A model generated the notes under the pieces. That model saw only the letters and a list, made by a program, of their open reading frames with translations. It was not told where the DNA came from and ran no database searches. From a virus (Duplodnaviria; Caudoviricetes): DNA of 64,000 nt. Positions 1 to 9,296 of the stretch are shown here, one piece after another; position 1 is the stretch's first letter; each line of letters begins with the position of its first letter. The position numbers were made by a program, and so were the translations under genes. The stretch lies in the IMG/VR virus record IMGVR_UViG_3300033069_001588, positions 1 to 64,000 of that record, one strand, 5' to 3'.

Positions 1-1
1 A

Positions 2-58
2 GATAGCTAATCTTTCAAACAATTCTGCTTTTTTAAGGAGAGCCTTAGTATCAACCAT
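2..58 (-). CDS. partial hypothetical protein (N-terminus MVDTKALLKKAELFERLAI..., runs off left end); paralog of 100..264
   Basis: Manual translation from ATG at 58; AAGGA SD-like sequence upstream; N-terminus nearly identical to neighbouring ORF. Confidence 0.75.
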   Translation of the reverse strand, partial: MVDTKALLKKAELFERLAI

Positions 59-99
59 TTTAGTTTATTCCTTCTTTGAATACTACTTTTAATACACTA

Positions 100-264
100 T
101 TATTCCATGTTTAACTGATCATCCGCCATTTCAAAAGACACAATCTCTTCTTCGGCTTCTTTTTCAGCTTGTGCCATAGCAACAAGAAAGCCCTCATGTT
201 TTCCATAAGTAGCGATTTTCTCAAATAAGTTTGCTTTTCTTAGAATAGATTTTGTATCAACCAT
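100..264 (-). CDS. 54-aa hypothetical protein (MVDTKSILRKANLFEKIATYGKHEGFLVAMAQAEKE...)
   Basis: Manual translation, below ORF-track cutoff; AGGT SD upstream; paralogous N-terminus to 2..58. Confidence 0.75.
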   Translation of the reverse strand: MVDTKSILRKANLFEKIATYGKHEGFLVAMAQAEKEAEEEIVSFEMADDQLNME

Positions 265-305
265 ATTTACCTGTAATTGTTATGCCGAATAAGTCAGACA
301 TTTAT

Positions 306-827
306 TTAACTTCTATTAATCCAATCTGGGTTATTATACTCGTTGTCGCAATTTGCATCATGCACCCCACTAAGATCAAATGGGTTGATAAGCATTTGTT
401 GTAATTGTAATGGTAGATCCTTGAAGCAGTTACATCTGCAACCACAATGACATTTTCTACAGGTGAATGTTCGACAAGAAATGTTTTTAATATCCGCCAG
501 TAAATTGAAGATATTAAGGCGCTCCACAGGTAAGGAGAGGGTAGGGGGACCGTAATTATTTTGTAAAACGGTGACCATCCCCTGCTTGACAAACATCACA
601 ACGTCCGCAAGTTGGCGGTTGGTGAAATCTTGCAAAGTTTGGCGGAGCACCAAAATTCTCTGATTATTCAAATGGACTAATACTGGATAGTTAGGGTCAA
701 CTGAAACACGCGCATCAAATTCTACATCACTCATTACTTCGTTAAGTTCCAATTGAGTTTGTAAATTGGTTAAAGTAATCGGCGAAATATCAGCGTTAAT
801 AAAAATAATTGCAGAGAGCATTTCCAT
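306..827 (-). CDS. hypothetical protein with Cys-rich C-terminal cluster
   Basis: 173-aa ORF; CRTFTCRKCHCGCRCNC segment. Confidence 0.7.
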   Translation of the reverse strand: MEMLSAIIFINADISPITLTNLQTQLELNEVMSDVEFDARVSVDPNYPVLVHLNNQRILVLRQTLQDFTNRQLADVVMFVKQGMVTVLQNNYGPPTLSLPVERLNIFNLLADIKNISCRTFTCRKCHCGCRCNCFKDLPLQLQQMLINPFDLSGVHDANCDNEYNNPDWINRS

Positions 828-849
828 AATTATATAGAATTTTATCCAC

Positions 850-877
850 TTGACGACGAATTAGATATAATTATACT
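850..877 (+). promoter_or_regulatory. sigma70-like promoter TTGACG-N16-TATACT
   Basis: Near-consensus -35/-10 upstream of dUTPase; GGAGA SD follows. Confidence 0.65.
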
Positions 878-899
878 GTATAGAAATCTTGGAGAAATA

Positions 900-1475
900 A
901 TGTTAAAATTTGCCACAGCACTATATGATGGTCTTAAGCAGAGAGTCGATGATTTAAATGAGTCTATTGATCTTTTGAATAAAAAACCTGAGTTCAAATT
1001 CGCAGTAAGAGAAGATTTAAAAGATACCGGAGATTTGTTTGTTCCCACTAAAGGGGAACCTTATGCTAGCGGTTATGACGTTCGTGCCGCCCCTTTAGAT
1101 CGAAAAGATATTTTAATTTATCCTAAACAATTTTTTAAGATTCCACTTGGATTTAGAACTCTACCAGAAAAAGGATGGTGGTTTCAATTACATCCTCGTA
1201 GCTCTTCGTTTACCAAAAAATATATGCATAATTTGATAGGTATAATAGATGAGCACTACTCTAATGAATTAATATTTGCTGGACAATTTTTACCAGAAAA
1301 ATTGGAAAATCACGGTCATTTAATAATTAAATTTGGCGATCCAATTGGACAAATAATTCCATTTAAAAGAGTAGATATGAAAATTGAAAATATATCAAAC
1401 GAGGAATTTGATGATTTATGTGGAAAAAGACAATCGGTTAGAAAAGGTGGATTTGGATCAACTGACATTAAATAA
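900..1475 (+). CDS. dut: trimeric dUTPase
   Basis: Motifs ASGYDV, PRSS, GIIDEHY, IGQI, RKGGFGST. Confidence 0.93.
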   Translation: MLKFATALYDGLKQRVDDLNESIDLLNKKPEFKFAVREDLKDTGDLFVPTKGEPYASGYDVRAAPLDRKDILIYPKQFFKIPLGFRTLPEKGWWFQLHPRSSSFTKKYMHNLIGIIDEHYSNELIFAGQFLPEKLENHGHLIIKFGDPIGQIIPFKRVDMKIENISNEEFDDLCGKRQSVRKGGFGSTDIK

Positions 1476-2313
1476 AAATTCACACGTTATTTTTAATGTG
1501 TCATGTGATTTTGGGATTTCTGAAAAATGTCGTCAAAAATATACAATGGAGTTTAGGCAATATGTTAAGTTAACAAAAACAAATAATGGAAAACTTCCTT
1601 GTTTATTTTGCTCGAGATCCTTGAAATTTTCAAATAGAAATAACCCAAATACTAAATATAAATCATTAGATGATAATTTTTTCAAAAAAGTTGATAGTAG
1701 AGAAAAAGCATATCTACTTGGATGGATTGCTAGTGATGGACATATAGGGAAAAGAGGATTTATATTAAGAATTCATAAAAAGGATAAAGATGTCTTACTA
1801 AAATTGAAAAGTATAATTTGTCAAGAAATACCGATAAGATATAAACGTACAACAACTTCAGATTTATGTTCTTTTGAAATTAATTCAAAAGAAATATCTA
1901 AGGATTTATGTAAGCTCTTAAACATTTCTCCAGGAAAGAAAAGTTCTGTTATATCGTTTCCAACGATCGATAAAAAATATCTATGGGATTTTGTAAGAGG
2001 ATATTTTGACGGCGATGGTACGATAAATAATATAGAAAAAACATGTAAAAACTATTTGGTAGTTTCTATAAGAAGCTCTTCTGAAAAAATGTTAAATGGA
2101 TTGAAAAAAAATATTGACGTAAAAAGTTATTTGAACAAGAATCATTCTATTTCTTGGGAAAAAGAAAATGCATATACATTTTGTTCATTTTTGTACAAAG
2201 ATACAGATTTATATTTGAATAGAAAAAAAGAAAGATTAAAAAAATGGTTACAGTTAAAGGGGCGGCAAGTTTTAATTCAGCCGGAAAATAATGAGCAAAA
2301 ACTACGATTTTGA
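1384..2313 (+). CDS. free-standing LAGLIDADG homing endonuclease (true start possibly GTG 1447)
   Basis: Two motifs YLLGWIASDG and FVRGYFDGDG; overlaps 3' end of dut. Confidence 0.85.
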   Translation: MKIYQTRNLMIYVEKDNRLEKVDLDQLTLNKNSHVIFNVSCDFGISEKCRQKYTMEFRQYVKLTKTNNGKLPCLFCSRSLKFSNRNNPNTKYKSLDDNFFKKVDSREKAYLLGWIASDGHIGKRGFILRIHKKDKDVLLKLKSIICQEIPIRYKRTTTSDLCSFEINSKEISKDLCKLLNISPGKKSSVISFPTIDKKYLWDFVRGYFDGDGTINNIEKTCKNYLVVSIRSSSEKMLNGLKKNIDVKSYLNKNHSISWEKENAYTFCSFLYKDTDLYLNRKKERLKKWLQLKGRQVLIQPENNEQKLRF

Positions 2314-3112
2314 TCCGATAGAAGACACAAAACAAGTTCTTCCAGAATATGAAAATTACGATTACAACCTTGATATGTTAAGAGAAAACTATAAATCAGA
2401 AGTTAAATTCATAAAAACTAATACTCCTATTGTCTCAGAAGAAGAAGAATTAGCATTGGAGAAATTTTTTTCGGAACATCCGGAGCTTAAAAGCAAAGAA
2501 TCTCCTTATGATTTAAACAAATTTAATGCTTCTCGTGGTTTCACGCCACGTTACGATGTAGGCTCAGATGAGTTTGATCCTACTGAAGCTTGGATTCAAA
2601 CATTCTCTGGTAAGAGATTTACTCCAACCAATCCAAACCCAGAGGCTATTGTCATTCAAGACATTGCCCATGCATTATCCATGCAATGCAGATTCAGTGG
2701 TCATGTAAAGAAATTCTATTCAGTTGCCCAACATAGTGTTCTCGTTAGTTATCTTTGTAACCAAGAAGATGCTTTATGGGGATTGCTTCATGATGCTACC
2801 GAAGCATATTTAGTAGATATTCCTAGACCATTAAAAAGGTCTGGTAAGTTTGATGCTTATTTAGAATTCGAAAAGAATATGCAAACAGCTGTTTGTCAAA
2901 GATTTGGGCTAGAAGATAAAGAACCGCTTTCAGTTAAAAAAGCTGACTTATTGCTTTTAGCCACTGAAGCTAGAGATTTAATGTCTCCTTTGAGAGAAGA
3001 TTGGATTTATCTAGTGAGACCTTTGCCTATGAAAATAGAATCATTACATCCAGAGGATGCTAAATTGCTATTCTTAAACAGATTTTATGATTTGATCGAA
3101 GAATCAAAGTGA
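2291..3112 (+). CDS. HD-domain 5'-deoxynucleotidase-like phosphohydrolase (YfbR/YfdR-like) with acidic N-terminal extension
   Basis: DIAHALS..CRF.GH..FYSVAQHS, LLHDATEAY..D, KKAD motifs. Confidence 0.85.
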   Translation: MSKNYDFDPIEDTKQVLPEYENYDYNLDMLRENYKSEVKFIKTNTPIVSEEEELALEKFFSEHPELKSKESPYDLNKFNASRGFTPRYDVGSDEFDPTEAWIQTFSGKRFTPTNPNPEAIVIQDIAHALSMQCRFSGHVKKFYSVAQHSVLVSYLCNQEDALWGLLHDATEAYLVDIPRPLKRSGKFDAYLEFEKNMQTAVCQRFGLEDKEPLSVKKADLLLLATEARDLMSPLREDWIYLVRPLPMKIESLHPEDAKLLFLNRFYDLIEESK

Positions 3113-3125
3113 TATAAATATTTTT

Positions 3126-3383
3126 ATGAATCAAAAAGAATTAAAAAAATTGGCGGAACCTAAACCAAAATATTATTTTGATGTCAAAATAGAGTGTATG
3201 CTTCCCGCAACTCTTACTTATAGAGTATTAGCGGAAGATCCTCAACAAGCATCTACAATGCTAAAGAATTTGGCTCCGATCGGAGTCAAATACCGTTTGC
3301 CGGGTCGTAAAGAAATCAAGATGATGATTTACGATGCTGGCAGCTCTATTATTAAGTTAATTTTATATACATGGAACAAATAA
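3126..3383 (+). CDS. hypothetical protein
   Basis: 85-aa ORF in co-oriented run. Confidence 0.65.
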   Translation: MNQKELKKLAEPKPKYYFDVKIECMLPATLTYRVLAEDPQQASTMLKNLAPIGVKYRLPGRKEIKMMIYDAGSSIIKLILYTWNK

Positions 3384-3868
3384 TAATGATATCTAGACAA
3401 TATCTAAAAGTACAGCCTAGTAAATTAGGCGGTAATGGTTTATTCACTACTGTAAAAATAAATGCCAGATATCCTATCATAGAGGTTACTGGTGATATTT
3501 TTACATCATCCACTATTACAGATCATCCTGCAATTTTACAAGTAGCCCGTGATTTATTTATAGGTCCATCTGGGGGTCCCGATGACTACGTTAATCATAG
3601 CTGTAATCCCAATTGTTTTCTTTCTATTATGGGCAAAAGAGCAATATTATATTCTTTGTATGTAATACCGCCAGATACAGAATTAACATTTGATTATTCT
3701 AGTAGCTCTACTGATTCATTAGATATTTGGAAAATGGATTGTGCATGCGGTGATGTTAATTGTCGTAAAGTCATTAGTGGATATCAATACCTCACTGATA
3801 AACAAAAGAAAACATTACTTGATTTAGGAGCGATACCTCAGTTCATCAAGAATGGAATTTTTAAATGA
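3371..3868 (+). CDS. SET-domain protein-lysine methyltransferase with post-SET motif
   Basis: GNGLF, YVNHSCNPN, ELTFDY, CACGDVNCR. Confidence 0.9.
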   Translation: MEQIIMISRQYLKVQPSKLGGNGLFTTVKINARYPIIEVTGDIFTSSTITDHPAILQVARDLFIGPSGGPDDYVNHSCNPNCFLSIMGKRAILYSLYVIPPDTELTFDYSSSSTDSLDIWKMDCACGDVNCRKVISGYQYLTDKQKKTLLDLGAIPQFIKNGIFK

Positions 3869-4146
3869 AATATCCTCATACTAGAGTTCTATTAGTAATT
3901 GAGAAATTTCATAAAATGGTAGATAACATTTATGTTAATGACCCAGCCTCTATTAATGAGATTATAGAAGATTATCGTGCGTTTGATATTGCATGCAATG
4001 ATTTAAGACTTGAAATATTAGCTGGAAAATTAGAAAATTCTCTTGATCAAATTGATGAGATAGGAAATAAACAAAAAATCATTAATCATCTTGATGAAAT
4101 GAGACCAACCATAGAAAAAATGATGAGTTTGAAAGCGTTTTGGTGA
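3865..4146 (+). CDS. hypothetical protein with LKAFW C-terminal tag
   Basis: 93 aa, ATGA overlap with SET gene, ends EKMMSLKAFW. Confidence 0.75.
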   Translation: MKYPHTRVLLVIEKFHKMVDNIYVNDPASINEIIEDYRAFDIACNDLRLEILAGKLENSLDQIDEIGNKQKIINHLDEMRPTIEKMMSLKAFW

Positions 4147-4149
4147 ATT

Positions 4150-4785
4150 ATGTCAGGACTTCAATATTATGTTGTTGACACAGAAACTACAGGATTAAAA
4201 GCTAATTTTCATGAAATAACAGAGGTTGGTATTATACGCGCTAAAGATCGTGTACAAATTCACAGATGTGTTAAGTGTGTATATCCTGAGCGCGCCAATT
4301 TTGATGCTTTAGCTATTACTAAGAAAACTATGGCTGATCTAGATAGAGGTCATGATAAATCTGCTGTTATAGCAGAATGTAATAAATTCTTTGAGGAAGA
4401 TGGCGCTACACCAGCACATAGAGTTATTGTGGCTCACAACGCGCCCTTCGATAGAAGATTTCTACATGCCATGTGGGAATCTGAAGGTTTAGAGTTTCCT
4501 GCACATTTATGGTTAGATACTGTATCTTTAACTAAAGCGTATGCTAAAAAAATCGGACTAATTAAACCCAAAGTAGGTTTGCATGCAGCTTGCGATATAG
4601 TTGGAATAAAAAAACTATCAGACGCACATAATGCTAAAGTGGATAGTAGAAATTGTTATTTACTACATCGTAACTTAGTAGAAGAAAAAAAGATAGATTA
4701 TTTACCTTTTATTAAAACAGCTATTCATACGGTTACTTCAAATCAATATTATGAAGGATTAGATTTATCATTACTTGATGATTAA
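4150..4785 (+). CDS. DEDDh 3'-5' exonuclease (DnaQ/Pol III epsilon-like)
   Basis: DTETTG, AHNAPFD, AHNAKVD. Confidence 0.9.
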   Translation: MSGLQYYVVDTETTGLKANFHEITEVGIIRAKDRVQIHRCVKCVYPERANFDALAITKKTMADLDRGHDKSAVIAECNKFFEEDGATPAHRVIVAHNAPFDRRFLHAMWESEGLEFPAHLWLDTVSLTKAYAKKIGLIKPKVGLHAACDIVGIKKLSDAHNAKVDSRNCYLLHRNLVEEKKIDYLPFIKTAIHTVTSNQYYEGLDLSLLDD

Positions 4786-5441
4786 TGAAAACTCCCAGTT
4801 TAGAAAAATTCTATTTCAATATAGATCGAGCAATACGTTTGGCGCAATCTTACTCTGAAATAAAAGAATTGATGTTTATTTTGAAAAGTTGTAGGATGAA
4901 GCCATATTCTATTTTTTATGGAAAAGAAACGCCCAGACTAAAATTATATAAGCATTGGTTTGATGAATTTGGAAATTCTTTACATATTATTAAACGCAAA
5001 AGAGTAAAAATAATCTATAATGATCTCTTACTAAGAAGAAAAGATATTGTTTGTACAGACTTGTATTATGGATTATCTTTTGATAAAATAGTTAAATTGA
5101 GTAAGTTAGTGCATTTAGTGATTGGGAAAAATGAAGATACTCATGAATATTATTTGATGCTAACATTTTATGGTATAGATAATTATCTTAGATCTTATTT
5201 ATATGATGGAGATTGGAGACAAGTGTCCTCATTTATGCTAGGTATGAAAAGATTAAAAAACATACATAAACATGATGACATTAAGTATTTTCATCAATTA
5301 AAAAATTTAGAAAATTTTATGACCCCTTGTACATCGACCGACGAGTGGATATGTTCATTAACGCAGACTGCGGTAGGAGAATTCGTCAAAATTCTCAAGA
5401 AGAAATACGAAATTGATTTTTCGTTTTTAATGTCAAATTGA
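4785..5441 (+). CDS. hypothetical protein
   Basis: 218-aa ORF, TAATG coupling. Confidence 0.7.
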   Translation: MKTPSLEKFYFNIDRAIRLAQSYSEIKELMFILKSCRMKPYSIFYGKETPRLKLYKHWFDEFGNSLHIIKRKRVKIIYNDLLLRRKDIVCTDLYYGLSFDKIVKLSKLVHLVIGKNEDTHEYYLMLTFYGIDNYLRSYLYDGDWRQVSSFMLGMKRLKNIHKHDDIKYFHQLKNLENFMTPCTSTDEWICSLTQTAVGEFVKILKKKYEIDFSFLMSN

Positions 5442-5458
5442 GGTATGATACAATAATC

Positions 5459-5674
5459 ATGACTAATAGAGATAGATTAGAATTACAGGGTGAAGTTGTT
5501 GATGCAAACAAAGGCAAATTCAAAGTCAAGGTTAATGATGCTTTGACTATTCTTTGTACTTTGAGTGGTAAAATTAGAGTAAATTCTGTCAAAATCTTGA
5601 TAGGAGATAAAGTGACAGTGGAAGTATCAGAGTACGATACTTCCCAAGGTCGTATTATTTATAGACTTAAATAA
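5459..5674 (+). CDS. infA: translation initiation factor IF-1
   Basis: 71 aa; G.V......F.V.......LCTLSGKIR...VKIL.GDKV.VE.S.YD...GRIIYR pattern. Confidence 0.93.
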   Translation: MTNRDRLELQGEVVDANKGKFKVKVNDALTILCTLSGKIRVNSVKILIGDKVTVEVSEYDTSQGRIIYRLK

Positions 5675-5677
5675 ATC

Positions 5678-6595
5678 TTAAGTTTCCTTACCACCAAATT
5701 GATCAAGTAGACTGTCTATTCTTTGTAGTAAAGTTAATCTGCCTGATTGTGGTTTTTGTGGAGTATAAGGTTGTGTAAAATTAGGCTGCTGCTTAATAGC
5801 AGCTATCGGAGCTGGCGCCTGTTGATTAGGCGCCAGCTTTTTATCTTTTCCATACTGTTTAATTTGGATAGAATCTGCAATAGCTCCTGCTAAGTTGGGG
5901 TTTGCCCTTAATTTTTCCATAGTGGAAGTAACTTTTTTACCATTCGGTAAAGTAACAATAACTTCACCATCTATAAAACGAGCATTTAATGCATATTCAG
6001 TATGTGCGCCAGCTTGACCCCTATGAGCATAAGTATAAGGTTGTAAAGGATCTCCAGCAGATCCTTGCCATCCTCCAAAACTAACATCTTGAATACTAGC
6101 ATCTTTATTGGGTTCAGTTATTTCTTTACCATGACCACCAATTAATCCAGGATTCTTATGTTTAGATAATTCTTGATCAGTTAAACTACTATAATACACG
6201 GCAGCATCAGATTGGCTAATTCTATTTTTCACAACGTCTTTGGCAGAATAATGTTTTCCAGTCAATGGACTAGTATATCCAGTTCCAGAGAGTGGAGCAG
6301 CTCTAACTTTAGTTTTGGCTGCATCATAAATCTGTTTAGACATTTTAGATGTAGGTAATACCATACCAAAATGATTAGCAATTCTTTGTGCCGTGACAGG
6401 TGTCATAGGCACTCTAATACCATCAATGATAAGATAGTCTGCCATAGTTTTATAGGTTATCTTGGTTCCTCCAGGACCATCTACGGTTACGGGAACCAAG
6501 TTTTTAGGAGGACCCTGCTTAATAGCAGCTTGATAAACTAATTCCTCTCTAGCGGCACCAGGAGGTAGTTTCATAAATTCATCTTTGAAACTCAT
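5678..6595 (-). CDS. conserved hypothetical protein, paralog of 6600..7319, with Pro/Gln-rich linker and C-terminal helix
   Basis: Shared motifs AQ..A.....LPTSK.S...Y.AA and H...HT(E/D)Y. Confidence 0.75.
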   Translation of the reverse strand: MSFKDEFMKLPPGAAREELVYQAAIKQGPPKNLVPVTVDGPGGTKITYKTMADYLIIDGIRVPMTPVTAQRIANHFGMVLPTSKMSKQIYDAAKTKVRAAPLSGTGYTSPLTGKHYSAKDVVKNRISQSDAAVYYSSLTDQELSKHKNPGLIGGHGKEITEPNKDASIQDVSFGGWQGSAGDPLQPYTYAHRGQAGAHTEYALNARFIDGEVIVTLPNGKKVTSTMEKLRANPNLAGAIADSIQIKQYGKDKKLAPNQQAPAPIAAIKQQPNFTQPYTPQKPQSGRLTLLQRIDSLLDQFGGKET

Positions 6596-6599
6596 TTAA

Positions 6600-7319
6600 T
6601 CATACTCCGGGCTGACGAGTGAAACGCAATACTCCTTCATAACTTAGGAGTGGCGCTAAAATTGAGCTCTTCATAACATCTATAACACTCATAGATTGAC
6701 CATCTACTTCACAAGTCTTACTCATTAGAATAAGTGTTTGACTATAATCAGTATGTGATCTATCGTGTCTAGTTCCTATGGTCTGCCACATTTTTAATCC
6801 GCCAGGTCCGATGTACGGGGCGGACTTGTCATAGAAACCATAATTAATGGCGCTAGTGGAAGTAGTCAAACGATTACTTAAAATCCAAGCTTTTCCACAA
6901 TCACGAAATAGTCCAGTTTTTCCAGAACGTTTACTTTCAACTGATGTATTCCATTGTTTAGATTTGGAAGTAGTAACCATGTCTGGTCCGGCAGGTAATG
7001 TAGTAACTCCTACAACAACCTCGGCAGCTTTATAGGCAAGATCACTTACTTTGGAAGTAACAAAGGAAGCATCCATTAGATCAGCACATTTTTGTGCTAA
7101 AGTAGCAGAGACTTGAAATCTAAATCTTGTACCATCTTCTAGTTCAACACGAGCGGCATCATCGCAAACCTGAAAAGTAGCAGTATGTCCATTAATAGTT
7201 GAAACAACTGGAACCCAATTACATACTACAAGTCCACCATTGATAGCATCCAAAACTGCCTGATCCCTGGCAGAGGAGGGATTTTCTGGTAATGAATTTA
7301 TCCAAGATTGTGCGTCCAT
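6600..7319 (-). CDS. conserved hypothetical protein, paralog of 5678..6595
   Basis: Shared motifs as above; GAGG SD. Confidence 0.75.
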   Translation of the reverse strand: MDAQSWINSLPENPSSARDQAVLDAINGGLVVCNWVPVVSTINGHTATFQVCDDAARVELEDGTRFRFQVSATLAQKCADLMDASFVTSKVSDLAYKAAEVVVGVTTLPAGPDMVTTSKSKQWNTSVESKRSGKTGLFRDCGKAWILSNRLTTSTSAINYGFYDKSAPYIGPGGLKMWQTIGTRHDRSHTDYSQTLILMSKTCEVDGQSMSVIDVMKSSILAPLLSYEGVLRFTRQPGV

Positions 7320-7350
7320 GATTTCCTCATATCATTTTTAATATGCGGGC

Positions 7351-7378
7351 TTGACATTTATTTCCGCACATTTATACT
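7351..7378 (+). promoter_or_regulatory. sigma70-like promoter TTGACA-N16-TATACT
   Basis: Consensus -35, near-consensus -10, in divergent intergenic region upstream of 7417. Confidence 0.7.
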
Positions 7379-7416
7379 ATGTAAGCTATTAGTATGCTCA
7401 AATATGGAGAAAATAA

Positions 7417-8472
7417 ATGCTGATTAAAGAGGGATTGACGTTCGACGATGTATTATTGGTACCTCGCCATTCAGAAATAACAAGTAGGTCATTAGTTTCA
7501 ACTATGGTTTCGCTTCCTAAAATCGGAACCATCAGTCATCCAATTATTCCAGCAAATATGAAAACTATCATAGATTATGAAATGGCAGAAGCCGTCTACA
7601 ATTCTCGTGGTCTAGGAATCCTTCATAGATTTATGCCTTTAGAAGATCAAATTGCGATCTTGAAAAGATTGCAACACAATTATAATGAATACGTTTGGGA
7701 CTATATTGGATTTTCTGTTGGTGTTAAGCCGGAAGATACAAAAAATGTGGATGAATTAGTTAAAGCAGGTGCCAAAATACTTTGTATAGATATCGCTCAT
7801 GGTGATTCAGATTTGTGTTTCAAAATGTGTGAATACATAAAGTATCATCATCCCTTAGTTTTATTGATTGCTGGCAATGTAGCAACAGGTAAAGCTGCCG
7901 CCGATTTATGGTATGCTGGTGCAGATATAGTGAAAGTAGGAGTTGGTCCCGGATCACTTTGCACCACTAGAATAGAAACGGGTAATGGAGTTCCTCAATT
8001 AACTGCTTTGATTGAGGCGGCAGAGGCTAAAGAAGAGGTAGAATCTCATTTCTTAAGAACTAGTAGTTCAGGAAATGAAAATAAGAGATGTCTTATAATC
8101 TCAGATGGTGGTATTAAAAATACTGGAGATATAGTTAAAGCATTATGTTTTGCCGATTTAGTTATGATTGGCAACATGTTTGCTGGTTGTGAAGAAACTC
8201 CCGGAGAAACTTTAACTATTGATGGTAGAAAGTATAAAGAATATGTTGGATCATCAACTCACAAAGCAAATCACATAGAAGGTGTGGCAGCTATTGTTCT
8301 AGCTAAGGGAAGTTTCAAGGTTATTTTAACCAAAATGTTAGAAGGTACCAAATCAGGAATGTCATATCAAGGAGTTTCAAATTTAACAGATCTTAAGAAA
8401 AATCCACAATTTGTTAGAATAACTCATGCTGGATTAATAGAATCTCATCCGCATAATGTTAAGATATTGTGA
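7417..8472 (+). CDS. IMP dehydrogenase/GMP reductase family protein (CBS-less; probably GMP reductase-like)
   Basis: [35 protein letters not shown] (catalytic Cys), [13 protein letters not shown]; short flap [14 protein letters not shown]. Confidence 0.9.
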   Translation: MLIKEGLTFDDVLLVPRHSEITSRSLVSTMVSLPKIGTISHPIIPANMKTIIDYEMAEAVYNSRGLGILHRFMPLEDQIAILKRLQHNYNEYVWDYIGFSVGVKPEDTKNVDELVKAGAKILCIDIAHGDSDLCFKMCEYIKYHHPLVLLIAGNVATGKAAADLWYAGADIVKVGVGPGSLCTTRIETGNGVPQLTALIEAAEAKEEVESHFLRTSSSGNENKRCLIISDGGIKNTGDIVKALCFADLVMIGNMFAGCEETPGETLTIDGRKYKEYVGSSTHKANHIEGVAAIVLAKGSFKVILTKMLEGTKSGMSYQGVSNLTDLKKNPQFVRITHAGLIESHPHNVKIL

Positions 8473-8519
8473 AATAATAAAATCTGGACAGTGGATAAGT
8501 AATATTTTAGTATATATTT

Positions 8520-9296
8520 ATGAGTAAAACAGTAGGCGTGTATAAAATTAGTTGTTCTGTTAACAGTAAGATATATATAGGATCTTCTATCAACATTTAT
8601 AAAAGATGGTTTAATCATCGTTATGAATTAAATAACAACAAACACCACGCTAATTATCTGCAACATGCTTGGAATAAATATGGTAAAGACTGTTTTATAT
8701 TTGAAATACTTGAGAAAATAGAAGATGTTTCTGTTTTAATTGAGCGAGAGCAGTATTGGATGGATTATTATCAATCATACAAGCCGGCATATGGATTTAA
8801 TTCCAATTCTAAAGCAGAAGGCAATCATAAAAGAAAATGGACTAAGCAACAAAGAGAGAAATATTCTAAATCTAGAAAAGGCAAGCCGGCTTCCGAAGCA
8901 CTACAAAACGCTTTAAATAATTCAAGAAAAATAGGGTCAAAATCAAATTTATCATCAATTGATGAAAACAAAGTAATACAAATTGTTAACGATATTAATT
9001 CTGGATTAACACCCAATGAAGTATCTAAATTACACAGTGTTGGAATTTCTATTGTCAGATCAATTTGTCAAAAAAGAAATTGGAAACACATATTACAAAA
9101 CTTGACTATAAGAGAAATAGGCACTAAAAGTCAAAGACAGCGGTGCGCCAAATTGAATGAAGAACAAGTAAGAAATATTAAGAAAAGATTAGCTGAAGGA
9201 GAAAATCATCTGACGATAGCTGAAGAATATAATGTTAGTAGGACAACTATATTAGATATCAAGAAAAATAAAACTTGGAAAGATATTACAATATGA
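8520..9296 (+). CDS. GIY-YIG homing endonuclease with C-terminal HTH repeats
   Basis: GVYKI...KIYIGSS...RW..H; REQYW; two C-terminal HTH-like modules. Confidence 0.88.
   Translation: MSKTVGVYKISCSVNSKIYIGSSINIYKRWFNHRYELNNNKHHANYLQHAWNKYGKDCFIFEILEKIEDVSVLIEREQYWMDYYQSYKPAYGFNSNSKAEGNHKRKWTKQQREKYSKSRKGKPASEALQNALNNSRKIGSKSNLSSIDENKVIQIVNDINSGLTPNEVSKLHSVGISIVRSICQKRNWKHILQNLTIREIGTKSQRQRCAKLNEEQVRNIKKRLAEGENHLTIAEEYNVSRTTILDIKKNKTWKDITI

Noticed and set aside
2291-3112. HD protein as DatZ of a 2-aminoadenine (Z) genome system
   Set aside because: No purZ or mazZ in the window; motifs fit the common phage YfdR-like family
4150-5441. C-termini GLDLSLLDD and IDFSFLMSN (and DnaB KLDLLDL) as T4-type clamp-binding motifs
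   Set aside because: Only loose resemblance to SLDFLL; too few and too variable to support
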